Position numbers and translations under genes: made by a program. DNA of 64,000 bases from an uncultured Eubacteriales bacterium (GTDB taxonomy: Bacteria; Bacillota; Clostridia; Oscillospirales; Oscillospiraceae): the NCBI GenBank assembly GCA_902492005.1, contig CABUJV010000003.1, forward strand, positions 1,746 to 65,745, in the 5' to 3' direction. Below the pieces are notes generated by a model. The model searched no databases. It worked only from the letters and a program-made list of their open reading frames with translations, and had not been told where the DNA came from. Below are positions 29,391 to 40,905 of the stretch, piece after piece (the stretch's first letter is position 1; each line of letters starts with the position of its first letter).

Positions 29391-30209
29391 ATGGAGCGCC
29401 AGGTCCACGCCATGTACTTCAGCGCCACCGGCACCACCGAAAAAGTTGTGACCGCCATCGCGGACTGCGTCGCCCGCGCCTGGAGCGGCGCGAATGCCCT
29501 GCGCTTCGACTTCACGCTGCCCTCTGCCCGCCGGGCTGTCAAAGCCTTTGGAGACGGGGATCTCGTCATTTTCGGCGTGCCGGTCTATGCCGGGCGAGTC
29601 CCCAACGTACTGCTCCACTATCTGCGCACGGTGGAGGGCGGCGGCGCGCTGGCCGTCCCCGTGGTCTGCTACGGCAACCGCAGCTTTGACGACAGCTTGA
29701 TAGAACTCCGGGACCTGCTGGAGGCGGACGGCTTCCGCACGGTGGCCGCCGGAGCCTTTATCGGAGAGCACTCCTTTTCCACCACCCTGGCGGCCGGCCG
29801 CCCTGACCAGGCCGACCTGGAGACGGCCGTCCGCTTTGCCGACGGCATCCTGGAAAAACTGTCAAAGCCCCTGGGGGAGTACATACCCATCCCGGTGGAG
29901 GGGCAAATCCCCTACCGGCCCTACTATGTGCCCAAGGACCGCAACGGAAACCCGGTCAATATCCTGAAGGACAAGCCCAAGGTGCACGACACGTGCAATG
30001 ACTGCGGCCTCTGCGCCAAGGTCTGCCCCATGGGCTCCATCAGCCCGGAAAACGTACGGGAGTATACCGGCATCTGCATCAAGTGCGGCGCCTGCGTCAA
30101 AAAGTGCCCTGTCCACGCCCGTTACTATGACAGCTACAACTATCTGTATCATAAAGAAGAGCTGGAACTGGGCTTTGCCCGGCGGGCTGAACCCGTGCTG
30201 TTCTTCTGA
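29391..30209 (+). CDS. EFR1-like flavodoxin-fold / 4Fe-4S ferredoxin protein
   Basis: YFSATGTT, PVYAGR, CNDCGLCAKVCP, CIKCGACVKKCP. Confidence 0.88.
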   Translation: MERQVHAMYFSATGTTEKVVTAIADCVARAWSGANALRFDFTLPSARRAVKAFGDGDLVIFGVPVYAGRVPNVLLHYLRTVEGGGALAVPVVCYGNRSFDDSLIELRDLLEADGFRTVAAGAFIGEHSFSTTLAAGRPDQADLETAVRFADGILEKLSKPLGEYIPIPVEGQIPYRPYYVPKDRNGNPVNILKDKPKVHDTCNDCGLCAKVCPMGSISPENVREYTGICIKCGACVKKCPVHARYYDSYNYLYHKEELELGFARRAEPVLFF

Positions 30210-30222
30210 GCATTGGACGGTC

Positions 30223-30254
30223 AAAAAGGCAGACGCCGCGGCGTCTGCCTTTTT
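30223..30254. terminator. Bidirectional terminator
   Basis: aaaaaggcagacgcc gc ggcgtctgccttttt. Confidence 0.8.
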
Positions 30255-31132
30255 CATGCCCTGGGGTGGGCCTTGATGTATACGTCCTTCAGCTTCTGCT
30301 TGACCAACTGGGCATAAATCTGGGTGGAGGAGATGTCCGCGTGTCCCAACATCTCCTGGATGGAGCGCAGGTCCGCCCCGTTTTCCAGCAGATGGGCAGC
30401 AAAGGAATGGCGCAGGGTATGCGGGGTGATGTCCTTTTTGATGCCGGCCTTCTCCTGATAGTGCTTGATGATCTTCCAAAAGCCCTGCCGGGACATGCGC
30501 CTGCCGTTCATATTGAGGAACAGGGCGGTCTCCTCCGGGTCCTCCACCAGCTGCGGCCGCACATCTCGGAGATAGTCGTTCAGGGCCCGGACCGCCGCTG
30601 AGTACAGGGGGATGATCCGCTCCTTCCCCTTCCCCTCACAGCGGAGAAACCCGCCGGACAGGTTGAGATTATCCACGTTCAGGTCGATGAGCTCGGTGAC
30701 CCGGATGCCTGTGGCATAAAGGAGCTCCAGCATGGCATGGTCTCGATAGCCCTTGGCGTCAATGCACTCCGGCTGGTCCAGGAAGAGCTCCACTTCCTTG
30801 CTGGTCAGGATCTGGGGCAGCTTACGCTGCACCTTGTCCGGAACCACGCTTCTGGCCGGATTGGCGGAAAGCTGGTCCGTGTGGACCATATAGGAGTAAA
30901 ACGACTTCAGGGAGGCCACCGCGCGGGTAACGGTGGAGACCGACTTGCCCTTGCCGGCGAGGTACTTAACGTAGCGCTCCACATCGCTCTGCGTCACGTC
31001 GCCCAGCGCACGTTTCTCCCGCTCCAGGTAGACTGCAAACTGCCGAACGTCCCTCAGATAGGAGCTCAGGGTATTGGCAGAAGCCTTTTTTTCAGTTGTA
31101 AGGAACACCTCATAGTCCTTCAGAACGTCCAA
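30254..31132 (-). CDS. xerD: Site-specific tyrosine recombinase XerD (RipX)
   Basis: ELLYATGIRVTEL, SRQGFWK, HTLRHSFA, LGHADISSTQIY; downstream of spoIIM. Confidence 0.92.
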   Translation of the reverse strand: MDVLKDYEVFLTTEKKASANTLSSYLRDVRQFAVYLEREKRALGDVTQSDVERYVKYLAGKGKSVSTVTRAVASLKSFYSYMVHTDQLSANPARSVVPDKVQRKLPQILTSKEVELFLDQPECIDAKGYRDHAMLELLYATGIRVTELIDLNVDNLNLSGGFLRCEGKGKERIIPLYSAAVRALNDYLRDVRPQLVEDPEETALFLNMNGRRMSRQGFWKIIKHYQEKAGIKKDITPHTLRHSFAAHLLENGADLRSIQEMLGHADISSTQIYAQLVKQKLKDVYIKAHPRA

Positions 31133-31157
31133 GCCAATCCCCTCTCTACTCCAGGAT

Positions 31158-31796
31158 TCAAAACAGCGGGGCCACCAGCCGGACCAGCGCGGGCACCGCC
31201 GCATACTCCAGCAGCGCGCACAGGCACAGCGCGGCGCTGCACAGGCCGCACCGCACCCAGTACGACCGGCCAAAGGGTAGGCTCCGCTTGCCGTCCCCCA
31301 AACATTGTCCAGCCAGCAGCCGGGCCGCCGCCAAGCCCTGCACCCCCAGCACGAACAGGACGGGAATGGCCACCAGTCCCGTAACGCCAAAGGTCAGAAA
31401 GGCCAGCACCCCGCCCACGCCGCCGAACATGCGCACAAAAGAGGTAATGGCGAAGGACAGCAGAAAGCCCCGTATGGAAAACAGCACTGGGATGCCCAGC
31501 AGCCCCAGCCCCGTAAAACCCATCAAAACCGCAAAGACCGGCCAGCGTATGGTACTCCAGACCACGGATAACATATGAGGCGGCGCCGCCTCACCGGCCT
31601 GGGCGGCGGCCAGGTACCCCGTCACATAGGCGCTCAGCATATCGCCTCCGCCGCCGCCGACCTGAGCGGCCAGCCCGCAGCCCAGCACACCGCCCAAAGC
31701 AAAGGCGGCGGACACGACGGCCAAAGCGGGCAATATGCCGCCCGCCGGTACATCCCATATCCTCACGATACGCTTTTTTACTCCCATGGCCGTCAC
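31158..31796 (-). CDS. spoIIM: Stage II sporulation protein M-like membrane protein
   Basis: Multi-TM with RGFLLSF; upstream of xerD; SigE-like promoter. Confidence 0.7.
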   Translation of the reverse strand: MTAMGVKKRIVRIWDVPAGGILPALAVVSAAFALGGVLGCGLAAQVGGGGGDMLSAYVTGYLAAAQAGEAAPPHMLSVVWSTIRWPVFAVLMGFTGLGLLGIPVLFSIRGFLLSFAITSFVRMFGGVGGVLAFLTFGVTGLVAIPVLFVLGVQGLAAARLLAGQCLGDGKRSLPFGRSYWVRCGLCSAALCLCALLEYAAVPALVRLVAPLF

Positions 31797-31833
31797 CTCT
31801 CTCTGACAGCCTATGAGACAAGCGTTGGGATTA

Positions 31834-32634
31834 TTACCTGCCCAGCTCCCTGGAGCGCTGGGTGCAGCGGCGCATGGCCTCCAGCATAAGGCCCTCGTAG
31901 TTCATCTCGTCGAAGGCCGAGAGAGAGGCCAGCGTCGTTCCGCCGGGCGAGCAGACCTGCCTGCGCAGCTCCTCCGGGGTTTTTCCGCTCTCCTGCAGCA
32001 TTTTGGCGCACCCCTCCATGGTCTTGGCCGTCAGCCGCAGGGCGGTACCGGCGTCGATCCCCACCGAGACCGCCCGCTGGACCATGACCTCGGCCATACG
32101 GAAAAACCAGGCGGGAGAAGAGCCGTTCACATTAATGATATCGTCCATCTGCCCCTCGGGGATCACCGCCACCTCGCCGGCCGCAGAAAAGAGCTTCAGC
32201 ACCGTCTGAAACAGCGTGGGCGGTACGTCCGGCGCATCCGCCACCGCTGTGGCGCCCACCCCCACCATCAGCGGCGTGTTGGGCATTGCACGCACGACGT
32301 GGGCGCCGGGCAGCATTTCCCGCAGGTAAGCGGTGGAAACGCCGGCTGCGATGGATACCACGCACTTGCCCGCCGCCAGGCCGCCCAGTTCGGGAAGCAC
32401 GTCTCCGAACATCTGGGGCTTGACGCCCAGCACGATCACGCCGGCCTGCTCCGCCACCCGGCGGTTTTCGGTAGTCGTATGGACGCCCCGTTTCTGAAAA
32501 GAGGCCAGCTTGCCTTCGCTGCGATTGGAGAGCCAAATCTGTCCGGGCGCGACCAGCCCCTGGGACAGTACCCCGTTCAAAATGGCGGAATTCATATTTC
32601 CAGCCCCGATAAAGCCCAAAATCAGCGCATCCAT
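31834..32634 (-). CDS. proC: Pyrroline-5-carboxylate reductase
   Basis: GFIGAGNM, VKPQ, RAMPNTP, CSPGGTT. Confidence 0.95.
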   Translation of the reverse strand: MDALILGFIGAGNMNSAILNGVLSQGLVAPGQIWLSNRSEGKLASFQKRGVHTTTENRRVAEQAGVIVLGVKPQMFGDVLPELGGLAAGKCVVSIAAGVSTAYLREMLPGAHVVRAMPNTPLMVGVGATAVADAPDVPPTLFQTVLKLFSAAGEVAVIPEGQMDDIINVNGSSPAWFFRMAEVMVQRAVSVGIDAGTALRLTAKTMEGCAKMLQESGKTPEELRRQVCSPGGTTLASLSAFDEMNYEGLMLEAMRRCTQRSRELGR

Positions 32635-32729
32635 GGCAAATATTCCTCTTTCTCAAATGGTGTAAATTACTATAATCGAAGCTGCCGCAATATGCAATGG
32701 CTTCCATGGAATTTTCTCATTTTTGTGTA

Positions 32730-32767
32730 TTATGTCAATGTATTATGTATACTAAATTATGTAAACT
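32730..32767. repeat. Three tandem XerD-arm-like motifs
   Basis: TTATGTCAATG (32730), TTATGTATACT (32743), TTATGTAAACT (32757). Confidence 0.5.
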
Positions 32768-32923
32768 CGAGGGATGAACAAAGGGGCGGCGCATCGTGCG
32801 CCGCCCCTTCGCCATCTAGATATGGTATTTTCAGCATCTGCAGCCGCAAGATTTTGCTGTTTGCTGCAGAAAGGCCGCTGCGGGCCAATAGTATACGCTC
32901 TGTATAATTACATTTTGTATAAG

Positions 32924-34285
32924 CTACCGGCCCATACCGGCTGCCAGGGCCTTCAGCGCGATGGCGCACTCCAGCCGCTTGCGCTCCATCTCGCACCCCA
33001 CATGGTTGGGCTTTTTTATGTCACCATTTACCAGCAGGTTGGAGGCGCTGCATCCGCCGCTGCAATAGAAGCGTGCCCAGCAGTCCCGGCACTCCTCCCT
33101 GGTATAGATGTTCAGGCCGGAGAACCGATGGGACAGCTCCATATCGAAGCTGCCGTCGTACAGGCTGCCGATCTTGTACGCGGGATTGCCCACAAACTGG
33201 TGGCAGGGGTAGATGTCCCCTTCCGGCGTGACGGCCACGTACTCGCAGCCCGCCCCACAGCCCCGCAGCCGTTTGATGACGCAGGGACCCTGGGCCAGGT
33301 CCACATTGAAGTGGAAGAAGTTCACGTCGGCCCGGTCCTTCAGCTTCTCCGCCAGCTTCTCATACTGCTCCAGAACCACCGGCAGATCCTCATCCTTCAG
33401 CGCATAGCCGCAGGTCTCCTCCCCCACCACCGGCTCCACAGAGACGTTGCGGAAGCCCAGGTCGGCCATATGCATAACATCCTCGGCAAAGTCCAGGTTA
33501 TGGCGGGTAAAGGTGCCCCGCAGGTAGTAGTCCTTGGTCCCCCGGCCCGCCACCAGCTTTTGGAACTTGGGGACAATGACCTCATAGCTCCCCTTTCCAT
33601 TGACTGTCTTACGCATGCGGTCATTGACCTGAGGCCGCCCGTCCAGCGAAAGGACGGCGTTGGACATCTCCCGGTTGATGTAGTCGACGTTCTCATCGTC
33701 CAGCAGGACTCCGTTGGTGGTGATCGTAAAGCGGAAACACTTACCGGCCTTTTCCTCGATGGAGCGTGCATAGGCAACTGTGGCCTTAACGGTATCCATC
33801 GCCATCAGCGGCTCGCCGCCGAAGAAGTCCACCTCAATATTCCGGCGGCTGCCGGAGCGCTGGATGACAAAATCAATGGCCCGTTTGGCCGTCTCAAGGT
33901 CCATGATCTTCCGTCCGGTGCCGAAGTCGCCGGTGGAGGCAAAGCAATACTGGCAGCGGAGGTTGCAGTCGTGGGAGACGTGGAGGCAAAGGGCCTTGAT
34001 GGGGGCGGACTGCTGCAGGGCGGTGGCCGCCGCAGGGTCCACATAGTCGTCCTCCACAAAGAGCAGCCCGTTCCCGGCCAGCTCCCGCAGGTCCTGCCAC
34101 CCCTCCTCCACCGCCTCTGCGCTGTATTCGGGCAGCCGGGCCAGGAGATCCGGCGGACAGTGCTCCGCCATGGGGGACTCCACCAGGGGCAGCAGACGGT
34201 AGGTCAGGTCGTCCAGCACATGGACGGCCCCGCTGTTTACGTCCACGGCGAGCTTGACGCCGAGGGCCTCAAATGTATGTACCAT
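32924..34285 (-). CDS. scfB: SCIFF ranthipeptide radical SAM maturase
   Basis: CNLRCQYC, SPASM cysteines, directly downstream of the SCIFF peptide. Confidence 0.95.
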   Translation of the reverse strand: MVHTFEALGVKLAVDVNSGAVHVLDDLTYRLLPLVESPMAEHCPPDLLARLPEYSAEAVEEGWQDLRELAGNGLLFVEDDYVDPAAATALQQSAPIKALCLHVSHDCNLRCQYCFASTGDFGTGRKIMDLETAKRAIDFVIQRSGSRRNIEVDFFGGEPLMAMDTVKATVAYARSIEEKAGKCFRFTITTNGVLLDDENVDYINREMSNAVLSLDGRPQVNDRMRKTVNGKGSYEVIVPKFQKLVAGRGTKDYYLRGTFTRHNLDFAEDVMHMADLGFRNVSVEPVVGEETCGYALKDEDLPVVLEQYEKLAEKLKDRADVNFFHFNVDLAQGPCVIKRLRGCGAGCEYVAVTPEGDIYPCHQFVGNPAYKIGSLYDGSFDMELSHRFSGLNIYTREECRDCWARFYCSGGCSASNLLVNGDIKKPNHVGCEMERKRLECAIALKALAAGMGR

Positions 34286-34350
34286 CTTTCTTTCCTTTCG
34301 GGCATGGAAAAAGGGTGGGGACCCCCACCCTTTCCAATCGTCTCAGAATC

Positions 34351-34494
34351 TTACTTGTTGTTCTCGCACTTCTGGTTGGCAACGGTGCAGGAGGTCTTGC
34401 AGGCAGACTGGCAAGAGGTCTGGCACTCGCCGCAGCCGCCGTGGGCAGCGCTCTGCTTCAGCGTGGCGCCGTTGAGCGTTTTGATATGGGTCAT
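34351..34494 (-). CDS. scfA: SCIFF six-cysteine precursor peptide, 47 aa (absent from ORF track)
   Basis: MTHIKTLNGATLKQSAAHGGCGECQTSCQSACKTSCTVANQKCENNK. Confidence 0.97.
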   Translation of the reverse strand: MTHIKTLNGATLKQSAAHGGCGECQTSCQSACKTSCTVANQKCENNK

Positions 34495-34558
34495 GGTATC
34501 TCCCCCCTATATGTAGCATTTGGGTGAATTATAGCACAGCATCCCATGTTTTTCAATC

Positions 34559-34975
34559 TTATTTTTTTCTCCGCCTCTTTTTCGGCTTGGAGCCCATCAG
34601 TCCGGCCGCCGCGCCGCCGCACAATCCCCCGCACAGCAGGCCCAGTCCGCCCGCCTCCAGGGACATGCTTTCAAACAGCAGAACGCCCACGGTGAGCAGA
34701 AGCAGGAAGAACACTGCTCCGGCCGCCAGGCCCACGATCAGGGCCCGGGAGCCGCAGCGCCGTACTGCGGTCATCGCCCCGGCAAAGCCGCCGATCACGC
34801 AGCTCACCACCGCCATCTGGTACATCAGTCCCTCCTGGAGCCAGCCGCCTGAGATCCCGATTGAGCACAGGAACAGGAACATGAGGCATACCACCAGCGC
34901 GACGACGCCGCCCAGCAGGATATTGGTCATGGCCCGGACCAGCCGCGTCCCCTGATCCTCTTCCGTCTTGCGCAT
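34559..34975 (-). CDS. TIGR04086-type membrane protein
   Basis: Four Gly-rich TM segments, basic tail; located between yajC and scfA. Confidence 0.75.
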   Translation of the reverse strand: MRKTEEDQGTRLVRAMTNILLGGVVALVVCLMFLFLCSIGISGGWLQEGLMYQMAVVSCVIGGFAGAMTAVRRCGSRALIVGLAAGAVFFLLLLTVGVLLFESMSLEAGGLGLLCGGLCGGAAAGLMGSKPKKRRRKK

Positions 34976-35053
34976 AAAACACCCTCCTCGCAACAGCTTT
35001 GTACAGCCTATGCGGGGAGGGTGCTTGTCATGCTATTTTGTTCGAAAGGAAAG

Positions 35054-35335
35054 TTACTTCGTCTCCTCAGTGGTCTGGGCGCCCTTAGTGGAAATGGCCC
35101 ACTTGGCAAACTCCATCCGCACGCGGTCGGCGCCGGTCTCGATGACGATGCTCTCATCCTTTACGGCGCAGATCGTGCCGAGGATACCGCCGATGGTGGT
35201 AATTTCATCCCCCACCTTCAGGGAGCTGCGCATCTCGTTGAGCTGTTTTTTCTTCTTGTTCTCCGGGCGAATGAGCATGAAGTAGAAGATGACCAGCATC
35301 ACTACGATCATACCAATGGTTCCGAACTGCTCCAA
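35054..35335 (-). CDS. yajC: Preprotein translocase subunit YajC
   Basis: FYFMLIRPE..LKVGDEITTIGGI. Confidence 0.93.
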   Translation of the reverse strand: MEQFGTIGMIVVMLVIFYFMLIRPENKKKKQLNEMRSSLKVGDEITTIGGILGTICAVKDESIVIETGADRVRMEFAKWAISTKGAQTTEETK

Positions 35336-35465
35336 AGTAATTCCCTCCAGTGATTTTCAGCGTGTCGTTTGTGCCGGCCAGTATACGGCATTGCAGTATA
35401 TTATACAGGTTACGGTCATAATTGACAAGCCTTTTTCAAAATTTTGCGTCTTTTTTGGACCGCGT

Positions 35466-36588
<1,123 letters not shown>

Positions 36589-36596
<8 letters not shown>

Positions 36597-36873
36597 GCAC
36601 GTTTACTCCTACGTTTCTCTGTAAAGTCTGGAAAAAGGCCTTCAGCTCTTCCCTTTTCTCTGGGGCCAGGTCCTTTTTGGGGATGCCCTCCACAGCCCCC
36701 TCCAGCGCTTGAAGCTGGTGCAGACAGGCGCCGGGGTCCACCTGGACCCGGATGCGGCGCAAAGCCTCCATGCTCCCCAGCTCGCGGAGCTGTTCCGGCG
36801 TCTCCACGCCGATCTTCCGCAGATTGGCCGCAAGCACGGGGCCGATGTTGGGCAGATCCGTCAGTCCGTTCAT
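36589..36873 (-). CDS. TfoX C-terminal domain protein
   Basis: LTDLPNIGP..LRELGS..ALEGAV. Confidence 0.85.
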
Positions 36874-36888
36874 GGATCGCTCCTCCCC

Positions 36889-37923
36889 CTAGTAGATAAA
36901 CATCGCATCGCCAAAGCTGAAGAAACGGTAGCGCTCCCGCACCGCCTCCTCATAGGCCGCCAGGATGTGCTCCCGGCCCGCCAGCGCCGAGACAAGCATG
37001 ATGAGCGTGCTCTCCGGCAGATGAAAATTGGTTATAAGCGCATCCAGCACTTTGAAGCGATAGCCCGGGTAGATGAAGATGTCGGTCCAGCCCGCGCAGG
37101 CCTTCAGGGCGCCGTCCTCGCCGGCCCAGGACTCGATGGTCCGGCAGGAGGTGGTCCCCACGCAGACGACCCGCCCGCCGGTTTGCTTGGTCCGGTTGAT
37201 GATGTCCGCCGTCTCCTGCGGGATCATGCAGTACTCCGCGTGCATCTCATGGTCGGTGATCTCATCCTCCTTCACCGGCCGGAAGGTCCCCAGGCCGACG
37301 TGCAGCGTCACATAGCACAGGCGGACTCCCATGGCCCGAATCTGATCCAGCAGCTCTCTGGTAAAGTGGAGCCCGGCCGTGGGAGCGGCGGCGGAGCCCA
37401 CCTCTCTGGAGTACACCGTCTGGTAACGCTCCGGGTCGTTGAGCTCCTCCTTGATATAGGGGGGCAGCGGCATTTTTCCCAGCCGCTCCAAGGTTTCCAG
37501 GAAAATCCCCTCATAGTCGAAGCGGATCAGCCGGTTGCCCCCCTCCAGGGTCTCCAGAACCTCGGCCGTCAGCGCTCCGTCCCCAAAAGAGAGCCGGGCC
37601 CCCGGCTTCACCTTCCGCCCGGGCCGGACCAGGCACTCCCACACCTGATCGCCCCGATCCACCAGCAGCAGCACCTCTGCCGCCCCGCCGGTGGGCTCCC
37701 GGCGTCCCAGCAGCCGGGCGGGCAGCACCCGGGAGTCGTTCATCACCAGGCAGTCCCCCGGCCGCAGCAGCCTAGGCAGATCGTAAAAATGCCTGTGGCC
37801 GGTCTCCCCGGTGCGCTTGTCCAGCGTCAGCAGGCGGGATCCATCCCGCCGCTCCAGCGGCGTCTGCGCAATGAGCTCCGGCGGCAGATCGTAGTAAAAA
37901 TCGGATGTCTTCATGAAGATCAT
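36889..37923 (-). CDS. queA: S-adenosylmethionine:tRNA ribosyltransferase-isomerase
   Basis: [31 protein letters not shown]. Confidence 0.96.
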   Translation of the reverse strand: MIFMKTSDFYYDLPPELIAQTPLERRDGSRLLTLDKRTGETGHRHFYDLPRLLRPGDCLVMNDSRVLPARLLGRREPTGGAAEVLLLVDRGDQVWECLVRPGRKVKPGARLSFGDGALTAEVLETLEGGNRLIRFDYEGIFLETLERLGKMPLPPYIKEELNDPERYQTVYSREVGSAAAPTAGLHFTRELLDQIRAMGVRLCYVTLHVGLGTFRPVKEDEITDHEMHAEYCMIPQETADIINRTKQTGGRVVCVGTTSCRTIESWAGEDGALKACAGWTDIFIYPGYRFKVLDALITNFHLPESTLIMLVSALAGREHILAAYEEAVRERYRFFSFGDAMFIY

Positions 37924-37936
37924 TTCACTGCTTTCC

Positions 37937-39586
37937 TTACCGGACCTCAACGCCGGTAAAATAAAATTTGAGGATTTCCTCATAGGTATAGCCCCGCTTG
38001 GCCATGGCATTCGCCCCCCACTGGCTCATACCCACGTTGTGGCCCCAGCCGTAGGTCGTGATGGTGAAGGTGTTCCCCGACGCGGCGGCCCCCTCCATCT
38101 GGGCGATTCCGTCACTGGTGACCACATAGGGCATGGCCCCGGAGGGAACCTGGCTCACGTTCCCGTTGCCGTTTACGGCGTAGACGCCGCTCATGGAGGG
38201 TAAAACCCCATCTCTATTCACATAGTAACTGGCCCCGCTGCCGGAGATGGTGTAGCGCTGGGACCGCAGTCCAAAAAAGGTGCGGGCCTTCTCCTTGGAA
38301 AAGGACCAGCTCTTCCCCGCCGCGTCGAACACCGTCACGGTAAGCACATTGCCGGTGGGCGTCGTCTCGGTGACCCGAAAATCCACCACGTCGGCGCACA
38401 GGTAGTTTTTGGAGTGGAGCAGCTCCTTCAGCTCCTGTTTGGTAAACGTGACGGCCGCGGTGTACTTTTCGATTTGGCTGGCCACATCGGCCTCATAGGG
38501 GTCCACGACTCCCTTCAGGTAGGGCATATCCACGTCCGCCCGCCAGACGTTGCCCACGCTCTCGGTCGCGCCGCCGTCGCAGGAAAAGTAAAAGGTCTGG
38601 GCCATGCTGCCGCCGTACCAGACGTGTTTTCCCGCTGTCTCCTCTGCCGCCCGGGCGGTGTTCGTCCCCGTCCAGGCCGTGCCGAAGTAGACCTGACAGT
38701 CGGTGCTCCCGCAGACATCGAAGCCGTTGGAGCCGTGCTTGTTCCGATTCATGGCCGCATAGGTGCGCGCACACACCGCCTGCGCCTTCAGCGCCTCCAG
38801 CGGCCAGGAGTTGCTCATCTCCCGGGAGATCACGCAGTTCACATAGTCCTCCATGGGCACAAAGTTGACCACCGTGAGATTTCCTCCGGAGCGGCGCTGG
38901 TATTGAAAATCTCCATAGTAGCGGTAGCCCCGGAAGTGGGTAACGGTTTTGACGCCGTCATCCTGGCCGGGGCGGACCACCAGCGAGGCGCCCGTGCCTC
39001 CGTCGAACTGGAACAGAATCCGGCTGGTGCCGGTCCGCACCACCGAGACGCCGTTGCTGCTGGTGCCAACCACTTCAGCTCCCGCCGCGCCCAGGGCGGC
39101 CGCCGCGGCGTTGGCCTCGCCGCTGGTGAGATAGGCCCCCGTGCGCACATAGTATATCCCTTCGATCCAGGCCGGAAACCCGCCGGACACCGAGGCAGCC
39201 GCCTGCTGCGCCGCCTCAAAGGTGCCGTACGCCGTCGGGAGCTGAACATGCCAGCAGCCCACCGCAATGTCGGAGGTGATGGTGTCATAATACCCGGCCC
39301 AGTCCCCCACTTTGCCATAATAGACGTTTTGGGTCTTGACCATGGAGATGGCGCTCTCTCCCGTGCTACCCACCGGACAGAACCGCGCGTCCCCGTCAAA
39401 ATAGCCGAAACGATAGCCCGTACCCACATCGTTGAGCAGGTTGGCGCCGGGCAGGGCGCTGCTTCCGTAAAACAGCCCCACCCGTATCACGTCCTGCTCC
39501 GCCGCGTCCGCTGCTGAGACTACACCGGACAGACATATGAACGCGGCAAAAAGAATCGCCGCAAATTGTATGATTTTTTTGCCCAT
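37937..39586 (-). CDS. SpoIID/LytB domain protein, secreted
   Basis: Signal peptide; [28 protein letters not shown]. Confidence 0.88.
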   Translation of the reverse strand: MGKKIIQFAAILFAAFICLSGVVSAADAAEQDVIRVGLFYGSSALPGANLLNDVGTGYRFGYFDGDARFCPVGSTGESAISMVKTQNVYYGKVGDWAGYYDTITSDIAVGCWHVQLPTAYGTFEAAQQAAASVSGGFPAWIEGIYYVRTGAYLTSGEANAAAAALGAAGAEVVGTSSNGVSVVRTGTSRILFQFDGGTGASLVVRPGQDDGVKTVTHFRGYRYYGDFQYQRRSGGNLTVVNFVPMEDYVNCVISREMSNSWPLEALKAQAVCARTYAAMNRNKHGSNGFDVCGSTDCQVYFGTAWTGTNTARAAEETAGKHVWYGGSMAQTFYFSCDGGATESVGNVWRADVDMPYLKGVVDPYEADVASQIEKYTAAVTFTKQELKELLHSKNYLCADVVDFRVTETTPTGNVLTVTVFDAAGKSWSFSKEKARTFFGLRSQRYTISGSGASYYVNRDGVLPSMSGVYAVNGNGNVSQVPSGAMPYVVTSDGIAQMEGAAASGNTFTITTYGWGHNVGMSQWGANAMAKRGYTYEEILKFYFTGVEVR

Positions 39587-39812
39587 GTGGCCGCTCCATT
39601 TCTCTGAATCGCCGGTTTACAGTGGTAAAGAATTGTGTTAGGATATACCAAATATACAAACTCACCGACAAAATCTTCGCGGGAAAGATCCAGTTTTGTC
39701 ATTATACTACAGGTTCTGTCCCTCTTTCAACTGCTGTTTTCTCCGAGGGAGGGGAAACTCTGACCTGCTTCCGGTATAGAATGGTATTAACGAGACAATG
39801 GAGGTCTGCAGC

Positions 39813-40898
39813 ATGGATAAGTACAAGGTTGGCGTGATCGGCGGCACCGGCATGGTCGGACAGCGCTTTGTGACTCTGATGGAGAACCATCCCTGGTTCG
39901 AGCTGAAGGTCATCGCGGCCAGCCCCCGCTCCGCGGGCAAAACCTACGAAGAGGCCGTGAGCGACCGCTGGGCTATGGATACGCCCATCCCCGAGCAGGC
40001 GAAAAAACTGGTGGTGATGAACGCCGAGGCCGACGCCGCTGCCATCGCCGCCCAGGTGGATTTCGTCTTTTCCGCTGTGGACATGAAGAAAGAGGAAATC
40101 AAAACGCTGGAGGAGCAGTACGCCCGGCAGGAGTGTCCGGTGGTCTCCAACAACAGCGCTCACCGCTGGACGCCCGACGTGCCCATGGTGATTCCGGAGC
40201 TGAACCCCGAGCATATTAAAGTGGTGGAGGCACAGCGAAAGCGACTGGGGATGCGGCGCGGGTTCATCGCAGTCAAGTCCAACTGCTCCATCCAGAGCTA
40301 TGTGCCCGCTCTTCATCCCCTGCGCGGCTTCGGCCTGGAGAAGATCCTGGTCTGCACATATCAGGCGATCTCCGGTGCCGGTAAGACCTTCCAGACGTGG
40401 CCGGAGATGGTGGATAATCTGATTCCCTACATCGGCGGCGAAGAGGAGAAGTCTGAGCAGGAGCCCATGAAGGTCTGGGGCCATGTGGAGAACGGCGTGA
40501 TCGTCAACGCCGTGAAGCCGGCCATTACGGCTCAATGCCTCCGCGTTCCCGTCTCCAACGGGCACACCGCTGCGGTTTTCGTGGATTTTGCGAAAAAGCC
40601 CCCGATGGACGAAATGAAGGCCATCTGGGCGGAATTTAAGGGCCGCCCCCAGGAGCTCCAGCTCCCCATGGCCCCCAAGCAGTTCCTGCACTATTTTGAG
40701 GAGCCCGACCGCCCTCAGTCCAGGCTGGACCGGGACTTGGAGCGCGGCATGGCCGTGTCCATCGGGCGGCTCCGCCCCGATACGCAGTACGACTATAAAT
40801 TTGTCTGCTTGTCTCACAACACACTCCGCGGCGCAGCAGGCGGCGCGGTCGAGCTTGCCGAGCTGCTCTGCGCTGAGGGGTATATTACAAGGAGGTAA
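39813..40898 (+). CDS. asd: Aspartate-semialdehyde dehydrogenase
   Basis: GGTGMVGQ, SNCS, QAISGAG, HNTLRGAA. Confidence 0.95.
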   Translation: MDKYKVGVIGGTGMVGQRFVTLMENHPWFELKVIAASPRSAGKTYEEAVSDRWAMDTPIPEQAKKLVVMNAEADAAAIAAQVDFVFSAVDMKKEEIKTLEEQYARQECPVVSNNSAHRWTPDVPMVIPELNPEHIKVVEAQRKRLGMRRGFIAVKSNCSIQSYVPALHPLRGFGLEKILVCTYQAISGAGKTFQTWPEMVDNLIPYIGGEEEKSEQEPMKVWGHVENGVIVNAVKPAITAQCLRVPVSNGHTAAVFVDFAKKPPMDEMKAIWAEFKGRPQELQLPMAPKQFLHYFEEPDRPQSRLDRDLERGMAVSIGRLRPDTQYDYKFVCLSHNTLRGAAGGAVELAELLCAEGYITRR

Positions 40899-40905
40899 TC
40901 CCCCC

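Noticed and set aside
32740..32767. Complete canonical XerCD dif site
   Set aside because: The XerD arm is perfect, but the left arm (GTATTATGTAT) does not resemble an XerC/CodV arm; kept only as a half-site array.
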